DNA of 64,000 nucleotides from an uncultured Alphaproteobacteria bacterium (GTDB lineage Bacteria; Pseudomonadota; Alphaproteobacteria; RF32; CAG-239): NCBI GenBank assembly GCA_944391615.1, contig CALXUE010000004.1, positions 10,212 to 74,211 of the forward strand, read 5' to 3'. Shown piece by piece: positions 19,023 to 28,279 of this stretch (position 1 is its first letter; each line of letters starts with the position of its first letter). The notes under the pieces were generated by a model. It saw only the letters and a program-made list of their open reading frames with translations, ran no database searches and was not told where the DNA came from. The position numbers and the translations under genes were made by a program.

Positions 19023-19154
19023 TTAACTCCGCGGATAAGAATGAGGATAGCCTGATCCTTCATAAGGTTCGGGATTAGCCATTTTGCCGCAGGCAGATAA
19101 AGCCAGAACCATAGCGGCAATCATTATGAAACAGAAAAATTTTTTGTTCATCAT
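19023..19154 (-). CDS. 43-aa lipoprotein micro-ORF upstream of the triad
   Basis: My translation: MMNKKFFCFIMIAAMVLALSACGKMANPEPYEGSGYPHSYPRS, with lipobox LSAC. It ends 5 nt before the vWA start. Not in the ORF track (under 60 aa). Confidence 0.3.
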   Translation of the reverse strand: MMNKKFFCFIMIAAMVLALSACGKMANPEPYEGSGYPHSYPRS

Positions 19155-19232
19155 TTTGAAACCTTTATTGAGTATAAAAGTACTATATAACCATTAACCC
19201 TGAAACACAAAGCATATATTACAGTTATCAAG

Positions 19233-19793
19233 ATGATAAAATACCTGACAATATTCATAATGATGTTGATGTTTAGTCAGGAAGTTTGCGCGCGTGACAG
19301 AGCAGTCAATATCTATGCTTTTTCAAGAGCTATGCCCCAAAGAGAGCTTTTAGCTCAAGACGGCACTCATCATAAATTATCGGAGTTTGCTGGCAATTTT
19401 ACGATATTAATCTTTTGGTCCAGAAATTGTATGCCCTGTGTCAGACAACTCAAAACCCTGCAAGAATTTACTTCAAAAACACAAGGACAAGGGATTCGCT
19501 TAGCATTGGTTTCCACCTCAAAAGAGTGGAAAGATTCTAAAGAAGAAAAAGCCTTTTTGAGCAAATATGGTGCTCCGAATGTAGAATCATATATTGATGA
19601 AAAAGGGGCTTTAACATCCGATTTAGGCATATACAGCTCCCCCAATGCGGTATTGATAAATCAAAAGGGTGAAGAAATCGGCCGCATTTCTGGCGCAGCC
19701 GATTGGGGCGATGAAGATGTTATTGAATACATAAATAAAATAAAAACAGAGCAAGAAGAAAAAGAAAATAAAAAAGAGAAAGATACAAAATAA
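19233..19793 (+). CDS. TlpA/ResA-like thiol:disulfide oxidoreductase (thioredoxin fold), secreted
   Basis: Signal peptide. CxxC active site WSRNCMPC. 186 aa. Lys/Glu-rich C-terminal tail. Confidence 0.7.
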   Translation: MIKYLTIFIMMLMFSQEVCARDRAVNIYAFSRAMPQRELLAQDGTHHKLSEFAGNFTILIFWSRNCMPCVRQLKTLQEFTSKTQGQGIRLALVSTSKEWKDSKEEKAFLSKYGAPNVESYIDEKGALTSDLGIYSSPNAVLINQKGEEIGRISGAADWGDEDVIEYINKIKTEQEEKENKKEKDTK

Positions 19794-20227
19794 TGGCAGA
19801 AAAATATTATATCGATTGGGCGAATTTTCATCAAGACGTAAAACTTTTGGCACAAAAAATCAAATCATCTGGAGAATATAACAAGATAATAGCAATAAGC
19901 CGCGGCGGTTTGTTGCCGGCGGGCATTTTGGCCTATGAACTTGATATTCGCAATTCACAGGCCATAAATATTTCAAGCTATGATAATAATGAGCGCAGAG
20001 AAGATGATGAAATAGAATTAGATTGCAATGTCGGAGAGGTTGATGGCAAAACTTTGATTGTTGATGACTTGTCAGATACGGGACGCACCTTTCGATTAGT
20101 TAAGAAGCTCTATCCTCAAGCCAAATACGCGGCAGTATATTCAAAGCCCAAAGGCCGCAAAGATGTCGATATCTGCGCCTCAGAACTACCGGATAAATGG
20201 ATTGTCTTCCCTTGGGACGTTGAATAA
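19793..20227 (+). CDS. gpt: Xanthine-guanine phosphoribosyltransferase
   Basis: Close match to Gpt along the whole length (MAEKYYIDW…, PRPP-binding loop LIVDDLSDTGRT, C-terminal WIVFPWD). TAATG overlap with the upstream gene. Confidence 0.85.
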   Translation: MAEKYYIDWANFHQDVKLLAQKIKSSGEYNKIIAISRGGLLPAGILAYELDIRNSQAINISSYDNNERREDDEIELDCNVGEVDGKTLIVDDLSDTGRTFRLVKKLYPQAKYAAVYSKPKGRKDVDICASELPDKWIVFPWDVE

Positions 20228-20246
20228 CTACAAAAACAAACCAAAA

Positions 20247-20278
20247 CACCGACTTGAAAAAGTCGGTGCTTTGGTTTG
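20247..20278. terminator. Bidirectional rho-independent terminator
   Basis: Stem caccgact/agtcggtg with loop tgaaaa, then ctttggtttg. Confidence 0.6.
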
Positions 20279-20293
20279 AATAAGCAGAAAGCC

Positions 20294-21259
20294 TTAAAGT
20301 TTCGGGAACAATTCCATTCCTTTTTCCATACGGTTTTTTTGCAATTCAATAGTCGTTGCCAAGTTCAGCTTTCCGGTTTTAATAATACCGCGCACTTGGT
20401 CACCTTGCGTCGTATCCGGATTCGCAAACAAATAGGTTAGTTCCGGATGCCGCATATTGCCGATTCCAACCAAAGTTTGGTGCAACACGGCCAACATACC
20501 GCGAGAGAACAAGTCATAAGCCAATTCTTCCGACATAGAGGTTGAAGAGGCATATTTAACCACTGAAGTGATGGCGTCCGTCACATTGTTACCGTGAATG
20601 GAAGAGAGCACCAAGTGTCCGGAAGTTGCCGCACGTAAAGCTTCACTGGCGGTTTCAGGCGTACGAATCTCACCAACCAAGATATACCTAGGCTTAGAAC
20701 GCAAAGCAGACTTCAAACCGGCTCCCCAGTCTCCATTAGGCGGAATATTTTGTTTGCATAATCCCAAGCCGCCTTTTCTTGCATGATAAACCCCATCAAG
20801 AGGCATTTCACAAGGGTCTTCAATGGTATAAGCAAATCCACCTTCAGATTGCAAATATTCTTTTAATAAAGCCGAAAGAGAGGTTGTTTTACCTTGACCA
20901 GTCGGACCAGCCCACAAAATAAGCCCTGAAGCATTGGCTAAAGATGACAAATAAGAGCATAACCGAGGGTCAAACCCGAGCGTATTAAAAGGCGGCACTT
21001 GTTTAGGCATTTTACGCCCGCAATATTGCGGACCATAAATACTCATTGTCCGTTCAATACGATAAAATACGCCATCATAAAGCAGTGAATAACTGGGGTT
21101 GTCACCGTCCCAAGCATCTTCAAGCTGTTTGTAAAATTCATCAAAATCTTCAGCATCGAGCACAGCCAAACCATTACGTGTTTTTCCATCGGGAATATAC
21201 GCCTTATGGTCAGGCGTGACATAAATATCCGAAAATTTTACATCATTAATTTTAACCAT
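20294..21259 (-). CDS. PilT-family pilus-retraction ATPase
   Basis: Walker A GPTGQGKTT. IEDPCE motif. ILVGEIRTPETASEALRAATSGHLVLSSIHG (His box). 321 aa. Confidence 0.8.
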   Translation of the reverse strand: MVKINDVKFSDIYVTPDHKAYIPDGKTRNGLAVLDAEDFDEFYKQLEDAWDGDNPSYSLLYDGVFYRIERTMSIYGPQYCGRKMPKQVPPFNTLGFDPRLCSYLSSLANASGLILWAGPTGQGKTTSLSALLKEYLQSEGGFAYTIEDPCEMPLDGVYHARKGGLGLCKQNIPPNGDWGAGLKSALRSKPRYILVGEIRTPETASEALRAATSGHLVLSSIHGNNVTDAITSVVKYASSTSMSEELAYDLFSRGMLAVLHQTLVGIGNMRHPELTYLFANPDTTQGDQVRGIIKTGKLNLATTIELQKNRMEKGMELFPKL

Positions 21260-21353
21260 GATTTTTCACCTGTAAAAACATAACTGTAAACAGCATAACA
21301 AAGATATATTAACAAAAGGTGACTGAGGCAAAACAAAGCCATTTTTTTGCAAA

Positions 21354-21381
21354 CACAAAAAAACCGTCCTTTAAGGACGGT
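21354..21381 (-). terminator. Rho-independent terminator after the pilin gene
   Basis: Stem ccgtcctt/aaggacgg, with an A7 run on the plus strand, which is a T-run for the minus-strand transcript. Confidence 0.6.
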
Positions 21382-21399
21382 TTCCGGAAAGAGAAAATA

Positions 21400-21954
21400 T
21401 TATCTGTATGTCCAAGTAATAGAATTACCATTACCAACCGCATTGCAAGCAGCCGCAACAGCATTAATAGTAATCGGCAAAGTGCCATCAGCCCACTGAT
21501 AAGTTGTATTATTAATTTTAATTGATACCAAACCTGAAGAAGCGGCAGCGCCCCAGTCAGCCAAGGCAATATTCTGACAAGCCGACGTATCCAAGCCAGC
21601 ATAAGTAATCTCAAAAGAAGCAGCTCCACCATCAGTTGCCTTAACGTTAATAGCGCCGTTAAACGGGTTAACCAAAGCATTTCCTTGAGCATTGAGCATA
21701 TCATTCGTTGCAATACCGAGAGCAATAATATTTGCTGTGGTAGCACCTGAAAAATCCGTTTGGTTAGCAAAAGTGGAACGAATATTAATGATAAGGTTTG
21801 CAATCTGGTCCAAACATTGGTTAATTTTATATTTACCCATAGCCTTTGAATAACCGGAAATACCACCGACAGACAGCACGCCGACAATAGCCAACACGCC
21901 CAGCATTTCAATCATAGAACGACCGGATTCTTGAGCGCGATTAAATTTTTTCAT
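21400..21954 (-). CDS. Type IV prepilin (major pilin subunit)
   Basis: Class-III leader MKKFNRAQESG, then RSMIEMLGVLAIVGVLS (Gly-1, Glu+5, hydrophobic helix). C-terminal Cys pair. Free-standing gene with its own intergenic region and terminator. Confidence 0.7.
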   Translation of the reverse strand: MKKFNRAQESGRSMIEMLGVLAIVGVLSVGGISGYSKAMGKYKINQCLDQIANLIINIRSTFANQTDFSGATTANIIALGIATNDMLNAQGNALVNPFNGAINVKATDGGAASFEITYAGLDTSACQNIALADWGAAASSGLVSIKINNTTYQWADGTLPITINAVAAACNAVGNGNSITWTYR

Positions 21955-22089
21955 TCTCTCTCTCCTATAAAATAATTTAGTTTATAAGCAAGCACAACCA
22001 AAGGCCACGCTACAATCTAATAAATACTATACCGAATAAAAGTAAAAATAGCTTTAACAAAGAATATAATTTATACGCTAGAATAAATT

Positions 22090-22683
22090 TTATTCAAAAT
22101 GCCAAAGCAAGTTGTTGTATTTAGCACAATAATTTTTAGCATTTTGCTCAGAAACCGGCAAAGGATTGCCGCTTCCCCAAGCAAAATCGGTTATCAAATT
22201 GTTAGAGTCATCATAGAGCGAGATTTGCATCAAGCCCAAATTCTGTGATTGAGAAAAAGGAAACGCCAATAACTTAACACATTGAGAATAAGACAAATCA
22301 GCAAAAGCAATATCAAAGCCGCTCACCCCAGGAACAATAGTATCACCTAAGGGACCATAGCCGACAAAGACTTGCCTGCCCAAATCATTGTAGGGAATAT
22401 TTTGAACCACACGAAACGGCGTTAAAATACCGTTTTCAAGAGCAAATTGAGTATTCAGCCCCCAATAGTTTGGTTTAGCTTGATAAAAACGTCGAATATT
22501 TTCTGCCGTATTCATCAGTTGCTGAGCTGCTTTTTGAGTACGATTTTCCAGCGGAGACCACAAAAAGAAACCGGCAATCACCACAAGCAACACAACCAAT
22601 ACACACAATGGCTTGTTAATACGCCACGACTTTTTACAAAACGCCGCAACCAAGTTTTTGTAGTGTATCAATTTTTGTTTCAT
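22090..22683 (-). CDS. Bitopic membrane protein of the pilus operon (function unknown)
   Basis: ATG (MKQKLIHYK…) lies 1 nt after the stop of the platform gene. Single TM CVLVVLLVVIAGFFLW. The periplasmic remainder has no recognisable motif. Confidence 0.4.
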   Translation of the reverse strand: MKQKLIHYKNLVAAFCKKSWRINKPLCVLVVLLVVIAGFFLWSPLENRTQKAAQQLMNTAENIRRFYQAKPNYWGLNTQFALENGILTPFRVVQNIPYNDLGRQVFVGYGPLGDTIVPGVSGFDIAFADLSYSQCVKLLAFPFSQSQNLGLMQISLYDDSNNLITDFAWGSGNPLPVSEQNAKNYCAKYNNLLWHFE

Positions 22684-22684
22684 A

Positions 22685-23809
22685 TTAAATACCCATAGCG
22701 TTAGTGATTTGGTCTTGCATATCGAACACGCCAAAGACAGCCCAAGCGATAATACCGGCCACAGTCAAAATAGCCACCATGTTCAGAATAGCCGCTTTTT
22801 GTTCAATCAAATACACGCTTTCTTCGAGCCATTCATTGGCGAGGTTTTCCAAAGCTTCTTCAAAATTATCAAGTTCAGAATAAATTTTCAAATCATTGAT
22901 AATCTCAACATCCGGAAACTCCAATCCGGTTTTAGATAAGGCTTCACCAAGGTTATCACCATTGTTAATAAAGACGAGCGTCTTGTCGATTCTTTCTTTA
23001 AGATAAGCCGTTGCGTCACGACGCAGAGCACGCATAGCCGTAGAAACCGGCGTACCGCTTTTAACCAAGGCAGACAAAGCGAGCAACCAGCTAATACCTG
23101 TAAAAACTTTATATAAGGACCAAGGAGGCATATGGTCAAACATAGCGCGCAGACGCCCCACCCAAACACCAATAGTCAAATAAATAATCAAGGCGACTAC
23201 CGGCAAAATCGAAAACGCAAAGGCCCAATTTTCCTTAATCCAATAAGACAAATCCACCAAAGTAGCAGCGGTACCGCGCCAGCGCACATTCGGAGCAGCT
23301 TCAAGCATAGGTGGCACCATATAAACACCGATAGCATAAATAATTAACACCGACATCATGAACAAAAAGCTTGGATAAACGATAGCCCCGACAATCGGAC
23401 GAATCATTTTTGTAGACCCTTCCGTCACCCGAATCAAATTCAGCAAGGCACTTTCCATATCGGACACATCACCGACCGACAGCATCAATCTTTCACGATC
23501 GGGAGCCCAGCCTTTCAAGGCATCAGAAAAAGTCAAACCGTTTTGCAACGACTTTCCCCAGTTAGCAATAGCGATAGCCAAAGGTTCATCAGGATTTTTA
23601 CCATCGTTGCTTGCAGCCCTGTGGAGCAAATCAAGAGCATCCATCAAAGAGAATCTGTTACGCAACAAGGAGGCCAATTTACGATAGATTTTCAAGCGAG
23701 CTTTGTTAGAAGCACGGCAAATCATTTTGGCATAATAAGTTTCAACCGTACCTAAAGTTTTCATAGCGCGGTCAAAAGAAGAATTTTTTTTCGTATTAGC
23801 CATGAGCAA
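22685..23809 (-). CDS. T4P/T2SS inner-membrane platform protein (GspF/PilC/TcpE/R64-PilR family)
   Basis: 374 aa. Two repeated cytoplasmic GspF-like domains interleaved with three TM segments. Confidence 0.75.
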   Translation of the reverse strand: MLMANTKKNSSFDRAMKTLGTVETYYAKMICRASNKARLKIYRKLASLLRNRFSLMDALDLLHRAASNDGKNPDEPLAIAIANWGKSLQNGLTFSDALKGWAPDRERLMLSVGDVSDMESALLNLIRVTEGSTKMIRPIVGAIVYPSFLFMMSVLIIYAIGVYMVPPMLEAAPNVRWRGTAATLVDLSYWIKENWAFAFSILPVVALIIYLTIGVWVGRLRAMFDHMPPWSLYKVFTGISWLLALSALVKSGTPVSTAMRALRRDATAYLKERIDKTLVFINNGDNLGEALSKTGLEFPDVEIINDLKIYSELDNFEEALENLANEWLEESVYLIEQKAAILNMVAILTVAGIIAWAVFGVFDMQDQITNAMGI

Positions 23810-23826
23810 AACCTCTGCAAACCAAA

Positions 23827-25524
23827 TTAATACACGGGACGTTGATCAAGCAAGCCGCACCAACGTTCCACCTCATCCAAATCAATATATCCTTTAAGCA
23901 TACGCTCAATAGCGGCATCTTTCAAGGGCCTGCCGTTCAAATCACTTGTCCAATAATCAATAGCCTTACGTGTTTCACCCGAAATCATCAAATCAAGGAA
24001 AGTAGCATCAGGCAAAATAATTTCCGGCACGCACATACGTCCCTTAATACCGGTATTATCACAATATTTACACCCTGGACCACGAACATAAGTATTTTCC
24101 ACGCCAAAATCACCCAAGGCCGTACGCAAGCGCTGTACAGAAGGCGAATCAAGCATAGTCTTAACCGACACGCGGCAATGAGGACAAAGCCTTCTAAATA
24201 AACGTTGGGAAATCAAACCTTTGATTAGTTCTGGATCGTTAAGCATAAACGTTTTCACACCCATATCGCGCAAACGAGTAATAATAGCCGGAGCCGAGTT
24301 TGCGTGCAAGGTTGTCCACACGCCGTGACCGGACAAAGCCCCTTTAAAAGTCAATTCTGCCGCAGCAATGGAGCGAATTTCGCCCACCATCATAACATCA
24401 GGGTCTGAACGCAAAGCGGCCGACAAAGCTTTGGTGAATTCTTCATCTTTCTCTTCTTCGGAGTTAGCGTTTGTCACCGGCATCTGCCGCGCCCCCGGAA
24501 TAGGATATTCAGGCGGGTCTTCCACAGTAATCAGGTTAATTTCATAATTTTTTTCTTGCAACAGCTTAATCATATTTCTTTGCAAGGTTGTACTTTTACC
24601 GGATCCGGTCGGACCGGCAATAATGCTCAAACCGGTAGGAACCGCGCGCAATCGATAAAACAAGTTTTCTTCATATTCACCAAACCCCAAAGCAGACAAA
24701 TCGCCGCTGCCTTCAGGGTTGTCATCGGCATACAACAAGCGCATCACCAAATACTGGCTTCCGAAAGCAATAGGATTAAATTGCAAACGAATAGCCAAGA
24801 TATTATGCGGTAACATTAACTTGCCTTTAGACCCGCGCAAAGGCGTGGAGCCTAATTTTTGCGCCCCCTGAAATTCATTTTGAGCATAGTTAGAATCAGA
24901 AATATCAGCCGAGGCAAAAGCCGCACGAACAAAGGATTCTCCCCATTCTTTGTTATATTCCATAACGGTTGTCATCATACCGTTCACACGAAACATAATC
25001 TGAGTACTTCCCGCCACCACAATATGAATATCTGACACCTTTTGAGAAGCAGCTCTAGCAACCACATTCACAAAGTCTTTTTGCATTTGCAGCTGAGCAA
25101 GGTCTTCATCACCTTCAATGTTGATATTGGTGCGTTCGCCGATTGCATACACGGCATTAAGTTCGTTTTGGCTGACATATTGAGGCTTCATCATCGGAAG
25201 CTTTTTCTTTCGCGCCAAAACCTCAAAGCTTAAAACACGCCCATCAAATTTGTGCGTTTCTGAAACTAAAAACAAACCATCAGAAAACAACGCCACCAAA
25301 CGTCTGGTATCATCATTAATCACCAAATCAGGATTACTAGGAAGAGTGAGAAGTCTGTTTCCGTGTTGAAAATAAGATTGTATTTTGTTCGGAGCTTTCT
25401 TTTCCTGAATGTCGTAACTGTCATTGCTTTCAATATCAGAAGAAACTGCAGTTTCATTATCTGCAGTTCCTTCGGTAGATTCGCTTACCGTAGATATTTT
25501 TTCCTCATCATCGACATCAGCCAA
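23827..25524 (-). CDS. Type IV pilus assembly ATPase (GspE/PilB/TcpT/R64-PilQ family)
   Basis: Walker A GPTGSGKST. Asp box, His box and tetracysteine motif CPHC…CKYC. 565 aa. Confidence 0.85.
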   Translation of the reverse strand: MADVDDEEKISTVSESTEGTADNETAVSSDIESNDSYDIQEKKAPNKIQSYFQHGNRLLTLPSNPDLVINDDTRRLVALFSDGLFLVSETHKFDGRVLSFEVLARKKKLPMMKPQYVSQNELNAVYAIGERTNINIEGDEDLAQLQMQKDFVNVVARAASQKVSDIHIVVAGSTQIMFRVNGMMTTVMEYNKEWGESFVRAAFASADISDSNYAQNEFQGAQKLGSTPLRGSKGKLMLPHNILAIRLQFNPIAFGSQYLVMRLLYADDNPEGSGDLSALGFGEYEENLFYRLRAVPTGLSIIAGPTGSGKSTTLQRNMIKLLQEKNYEINLITVEDPPEYPIPGARQMPVTNANSEEEKDEEFTKALSAALRSDPDVMMVGEIRSIAAAELTFKGALSGHGVWTTLHANSAPAIITRLRDMGVKTFMLNDPELIKGLISQRLFRRLCPHCRVSVKTMLDSPSVQRLRTALGDFGVENTYVRGPGCKYCDNTGIKGRMCVPEIILPDATFLDLMISGETRKAIDYWTSDLNGRPLKDAAIERMLKGYIDLDEVERWCGLLDQRPVY

Positions 25525-25544
25525 GGCAAACTCTCCGGCAAAAT

Positions 25545-26993
25545 CTATTTAACAAACAAACCATTACTTAAACTAGGCACGGAAGACCCTACGATAGAAG
25601 GTGCAGCAGCCTTGTTGCTAGATGTTTTAGGCTTAATTTTTCCGGTTGAACCATTAGATTCTTCAGTCATAGCTTTAATTTCATTTAACAAGTTATTGCT
25701 GGCAGGCTCGCTCTGTAAAATTCCGCCGGCCGAAAAATATAAGTAGTCTTTAACGCCGTTAAGATCAGCTCTGACATACGTTTCGGTAATTTCATCAACC
25801 ACATGTCCGCTTTGCAGCACAGTGCCTTTTTGAGCCAAGAAATGGTCGCCGTTTTTATTGATGAGCTTAGCAACAAGATTGTCACCTTTACCGACAATTT
25901 CCATAACGGCATACACATCAGACAACAAAACCTGTTTTTCTGCGGGCAATTGAGCAAAAGGATTATCCTTTTTCTGAACTTTTTGAGCCGCTTCAAGCCT
26001 TGCTTTCAAAATAGAAATCTGTGTTTTGAGTGTATCAACATCTTTATCATGTCTGACTTTCGCATTTTGCGCTTCGGTTACAATTGCAGCCGCCACACTA
26101 CGTAAGTTATTGAGTTTACGTTTAAAATCATTCAACAAATAAATTCTGTCTTCTTCAATTTCATTCATTTCTTGATAAATTTTTTGCGTATTCTCAACCC
26201 ATTTTTGTTTGTCAGCCAGCATTTGCTCTTTATAGTCTTTAACGATTTTTTCCTGACGCAGTTTTTCCATCTGCATCTGTTGTTCGTTTTCTTTCTGCTT
26301 CATCTCAAATTCTTTTTGAGCTTGCTTGGCTTCCCATTCTTTTTTCTTTTGTTCGCGCTCTTCGGCTGCAACAATTTCCTCGGCTTCAGCTTTTTTGCGT
26401 TGCGCTTGAATAGCGGCTATTTCACTCTTAATTTTTTCTCTTCTGAGTTCCAAAGAGAGCAAAGCCGATTGCTTTTCAATATCCGACATTTTAGAGAAGA
26501 GATTATCATCAAATTGCTCTAAAATATTATCACCCAAAGCATTAGCCTCATCAGCGCTTAGAGCAGGCAAGGGGTCAATAGCGGGACTAACGGAGCTGTC
26601 AACAACACTTGAAACTTTGGGAACATTATTACCGACATCTGCCGAAACCGGTTGAGAAACCGCCTTATTAGGCAAAGTCGGCGCAACTCCGTTATTTAAG
26701 TTAGGCAAAGTCGGCGCAACTCCGTTATTTAAGTTAGGCAAAGCCGGAGCGCCTTTACTATTATTAGGCAAAACAGGGGCACTCGGGGTAATAACATTAT
26801 TATTTTTTGCCACAGTATTATTAGCGTTTGTAGGCAATTGAGGAGCAGATACCGAGTTATCTTCAGCCAAAACGACGCTACCCGGAGTATTATCAGCCGC
26901 GCCAGTCAAAGCCAGAGCATTATGAGAAACAGCCAACCCTAAGAGCAAGGCCACAGCCGATGTTGATAAAATATTGCAAACCTTATAACGCAT
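25545..26993 (-). CDS. Secreted coiled-coil pilus-biogenesis protein (R64 PilP-like slot), with an 11-aa tandem repeat
   Basis: Preferred start MRYKVCNIL… at 26993, with a perfect AAGGAG Shine-Dalgarno 6 nt upstream. Signal peptide. Repeat NLNNGVAPTLP x2. Long Lys/Glu coiled coil. Confidence 0.4.
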   Translation of the reverse strand: MRYKVCNILSTSAVALLLGLAVSHNALALTGAADNTPGSVVLAEDNSVSAPQLPTNANNTVAKNNNVITPSAPVLPNNSKGAPALPNLNNGVAPTLPNLNNGVAPTLPNKAVSQPVSADVGNNVPKVSSVVDSSVSPAIDPLPALSADEANALGDNILEQFDDNLFSKMSDIEKQSALLSLELRREKIKSEIAAIQAQRKKAEAEEIVAAEEREQKKKEWEAKQAQKEFEMKQKENEQQMQMEKLRQEKIVKDYKEQMLADKQKWVENTQKIYQEMNEIEEDRIYLLNDFKRKLNNLRSVAAAIVTEAQNAKVRHDKDVDTLKTQISILKARLEAAQKVQKKDNPFAQLPAEKQVLLSDVYAVMEIVGKGDNLVAKLINKNGDHFLAQKGTVLQSGHVVDEITETYVRADLNGVKDYLYFSAGGILQSEPASNNLLNEIKAMTEESNGSTGKIKPKTSSNKAAAPSIVGSSVPSLSNGLFVK

Positions 26994-28257
26994 AGATAAC
27001 TCCTTCATAATCCCAAAGATTGTCTGTTTTATATTTAATCATCTTAACCTCAAGTCCTGAAAATTTTGTTAACAAATCGCGCCAAACGATAGGATTGTTA
27101 GGTGATGTAAATTTAAACTGAATATAACGATATTTATTTTTGCGGTTAGAGACAAACTCTCCATCCATAAAAGCAGCCTGTTGATTGATGGCTTGGAACA
27201 AATCGTTAAGCGTAATTCTTAAATTATCAATATTACGATTAGGTTTGTCTTTTCTTGTCGGCACATCACCGATAGAAACGGAAGCCACCACAGAATTACC
27301 ATTGGCATCAACGGATTTTGATTTAAATTTCAAACCTGTATTATTAAGAGCGTCATCAACCCAGACAATACGTCCCACCTCTCTAGTCCAAATCGTTGAA
27401 GCACCGGAGCTATTGCAGCTAATGTCACCAATATTCCAGCCAGGAGTTGTAATTTGAGCCAAAGCGGCAATGTTATCATAACATCTCGTTAAGACAACAT
27501 TCGGATCCGAAATCTTGTCCCAAGGAATATTTTCCGGAGGGAGAACAACTTCTTTTTTGACAACAGCTTTAGGCTTAATCGGCTCAATCATAGGCCGTTT
27601 GGGTGGCGCCAAGAAAATACTGTTAATAACAACGGAAACAAGCCACATAGCAACAACAGAAGATATCGCAATAACCATATAGAGCTTAGCGCCGCGCAGA
27701 GCTTTAATTCGCTGCAGTTTAACGCGCATACCCTTACCCATTAAAGAGCTTATGTCAACATCTTCAGTCCCGTCAATACCCCAATCTTTAGGAGCAATTT
27801 TACGCCCCCAATCAGGCACGGCCAGCATAGACATAAATTGATTTTTGGCTTCATCTTCACTCAAAAAGACAATATCACCATCAGAAAGAATAATATCATT
27901 TCTGACGCAAACATACCACCAACCTTTATCAACCTTAAAAACAGCCACAAAAGAAGATAAGCCTCCCAAGGCCGTAGCCACGGTAACGGCACCGGCCAGC
28001 ATTCCGGACTTATAGCCTTGTGCGGAAGTACAAATACCAAATTGAGGAGCTTTACCTTGTTTGATGCAGAAAAGGTCGGCACCTTCCAAAATGCCCTGAG
28101 CCGCATCATTAACCTCGGTTACCGGATCATCCACATTCTGCAAAGGCTGCCAAAAGAGACCTGTAGCATACGTAACACCGTCCACAGTAACGTTAGAGGC
28201 AAATTTATTAGCATTTGCTTCATAATCCTGATCTAATAATTTAGCGTCTTCTAACAC
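26983..28257 (-). CDS. Pilus-biogenesis protein (R64 PilO-like slot), bitopic
   Basis: GTG start with an AAGGA Shine-Dalgarno. 424 aa. Internal TM LYMVIAISSVVAMWLVSVVINSIF. Sits in the operon position between secretin and ATPase. Confidence 0.4.
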   Translation of the reverse strand: MLEDAKLLDQDYEANANKFASNVTVDGVTYATGLFWQPLQNVDDPVTEVNDAAQGILEGADLFCIKQGKAPQFGICTSAQGYKSGMLAGAVTVATALGGLSSFVAVFKVDKGWWYVCVRNDIILSDGDIVFLSEDEAKNQFMSMLAVPDWGRKIAPKDWGIDGTEDVDISSLMGKGMRVKLQRIKALRGAKLYMVIAISSVVAMWLVSVVINSIFLAPPKRPMIEPIKPKAVVKKEVVLPPENIPWDKISDPNVVLTRCYDNIAALAQITTPGWNIGDISCNSSGASTIWTREVGRIVWVDDALNNTGLKFKSKSVDANGNSVVASVSIGDVPTRKDKPNRNIDNLRITLNDLFQAINQQAAFMDGEFVSNRKNKYRYIQFKFTSPNNPIVWRDLLTKFSGLEVKMIKYKTDNLWDYEGVIYAL

Positions 28258-28279
28258 GGCATTAATCCTTGGAATAAAG

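Noticed and set aside
21309-21911. 200-aa Leu-rich minus-strand ORF overlapping the pilin gene
   Set aside because: It is in an alternative frame of the prepilin gene, which has an unmistakable class-III leader. The Leu/Trp-rich composition is typical of an out-of-frame artefact.
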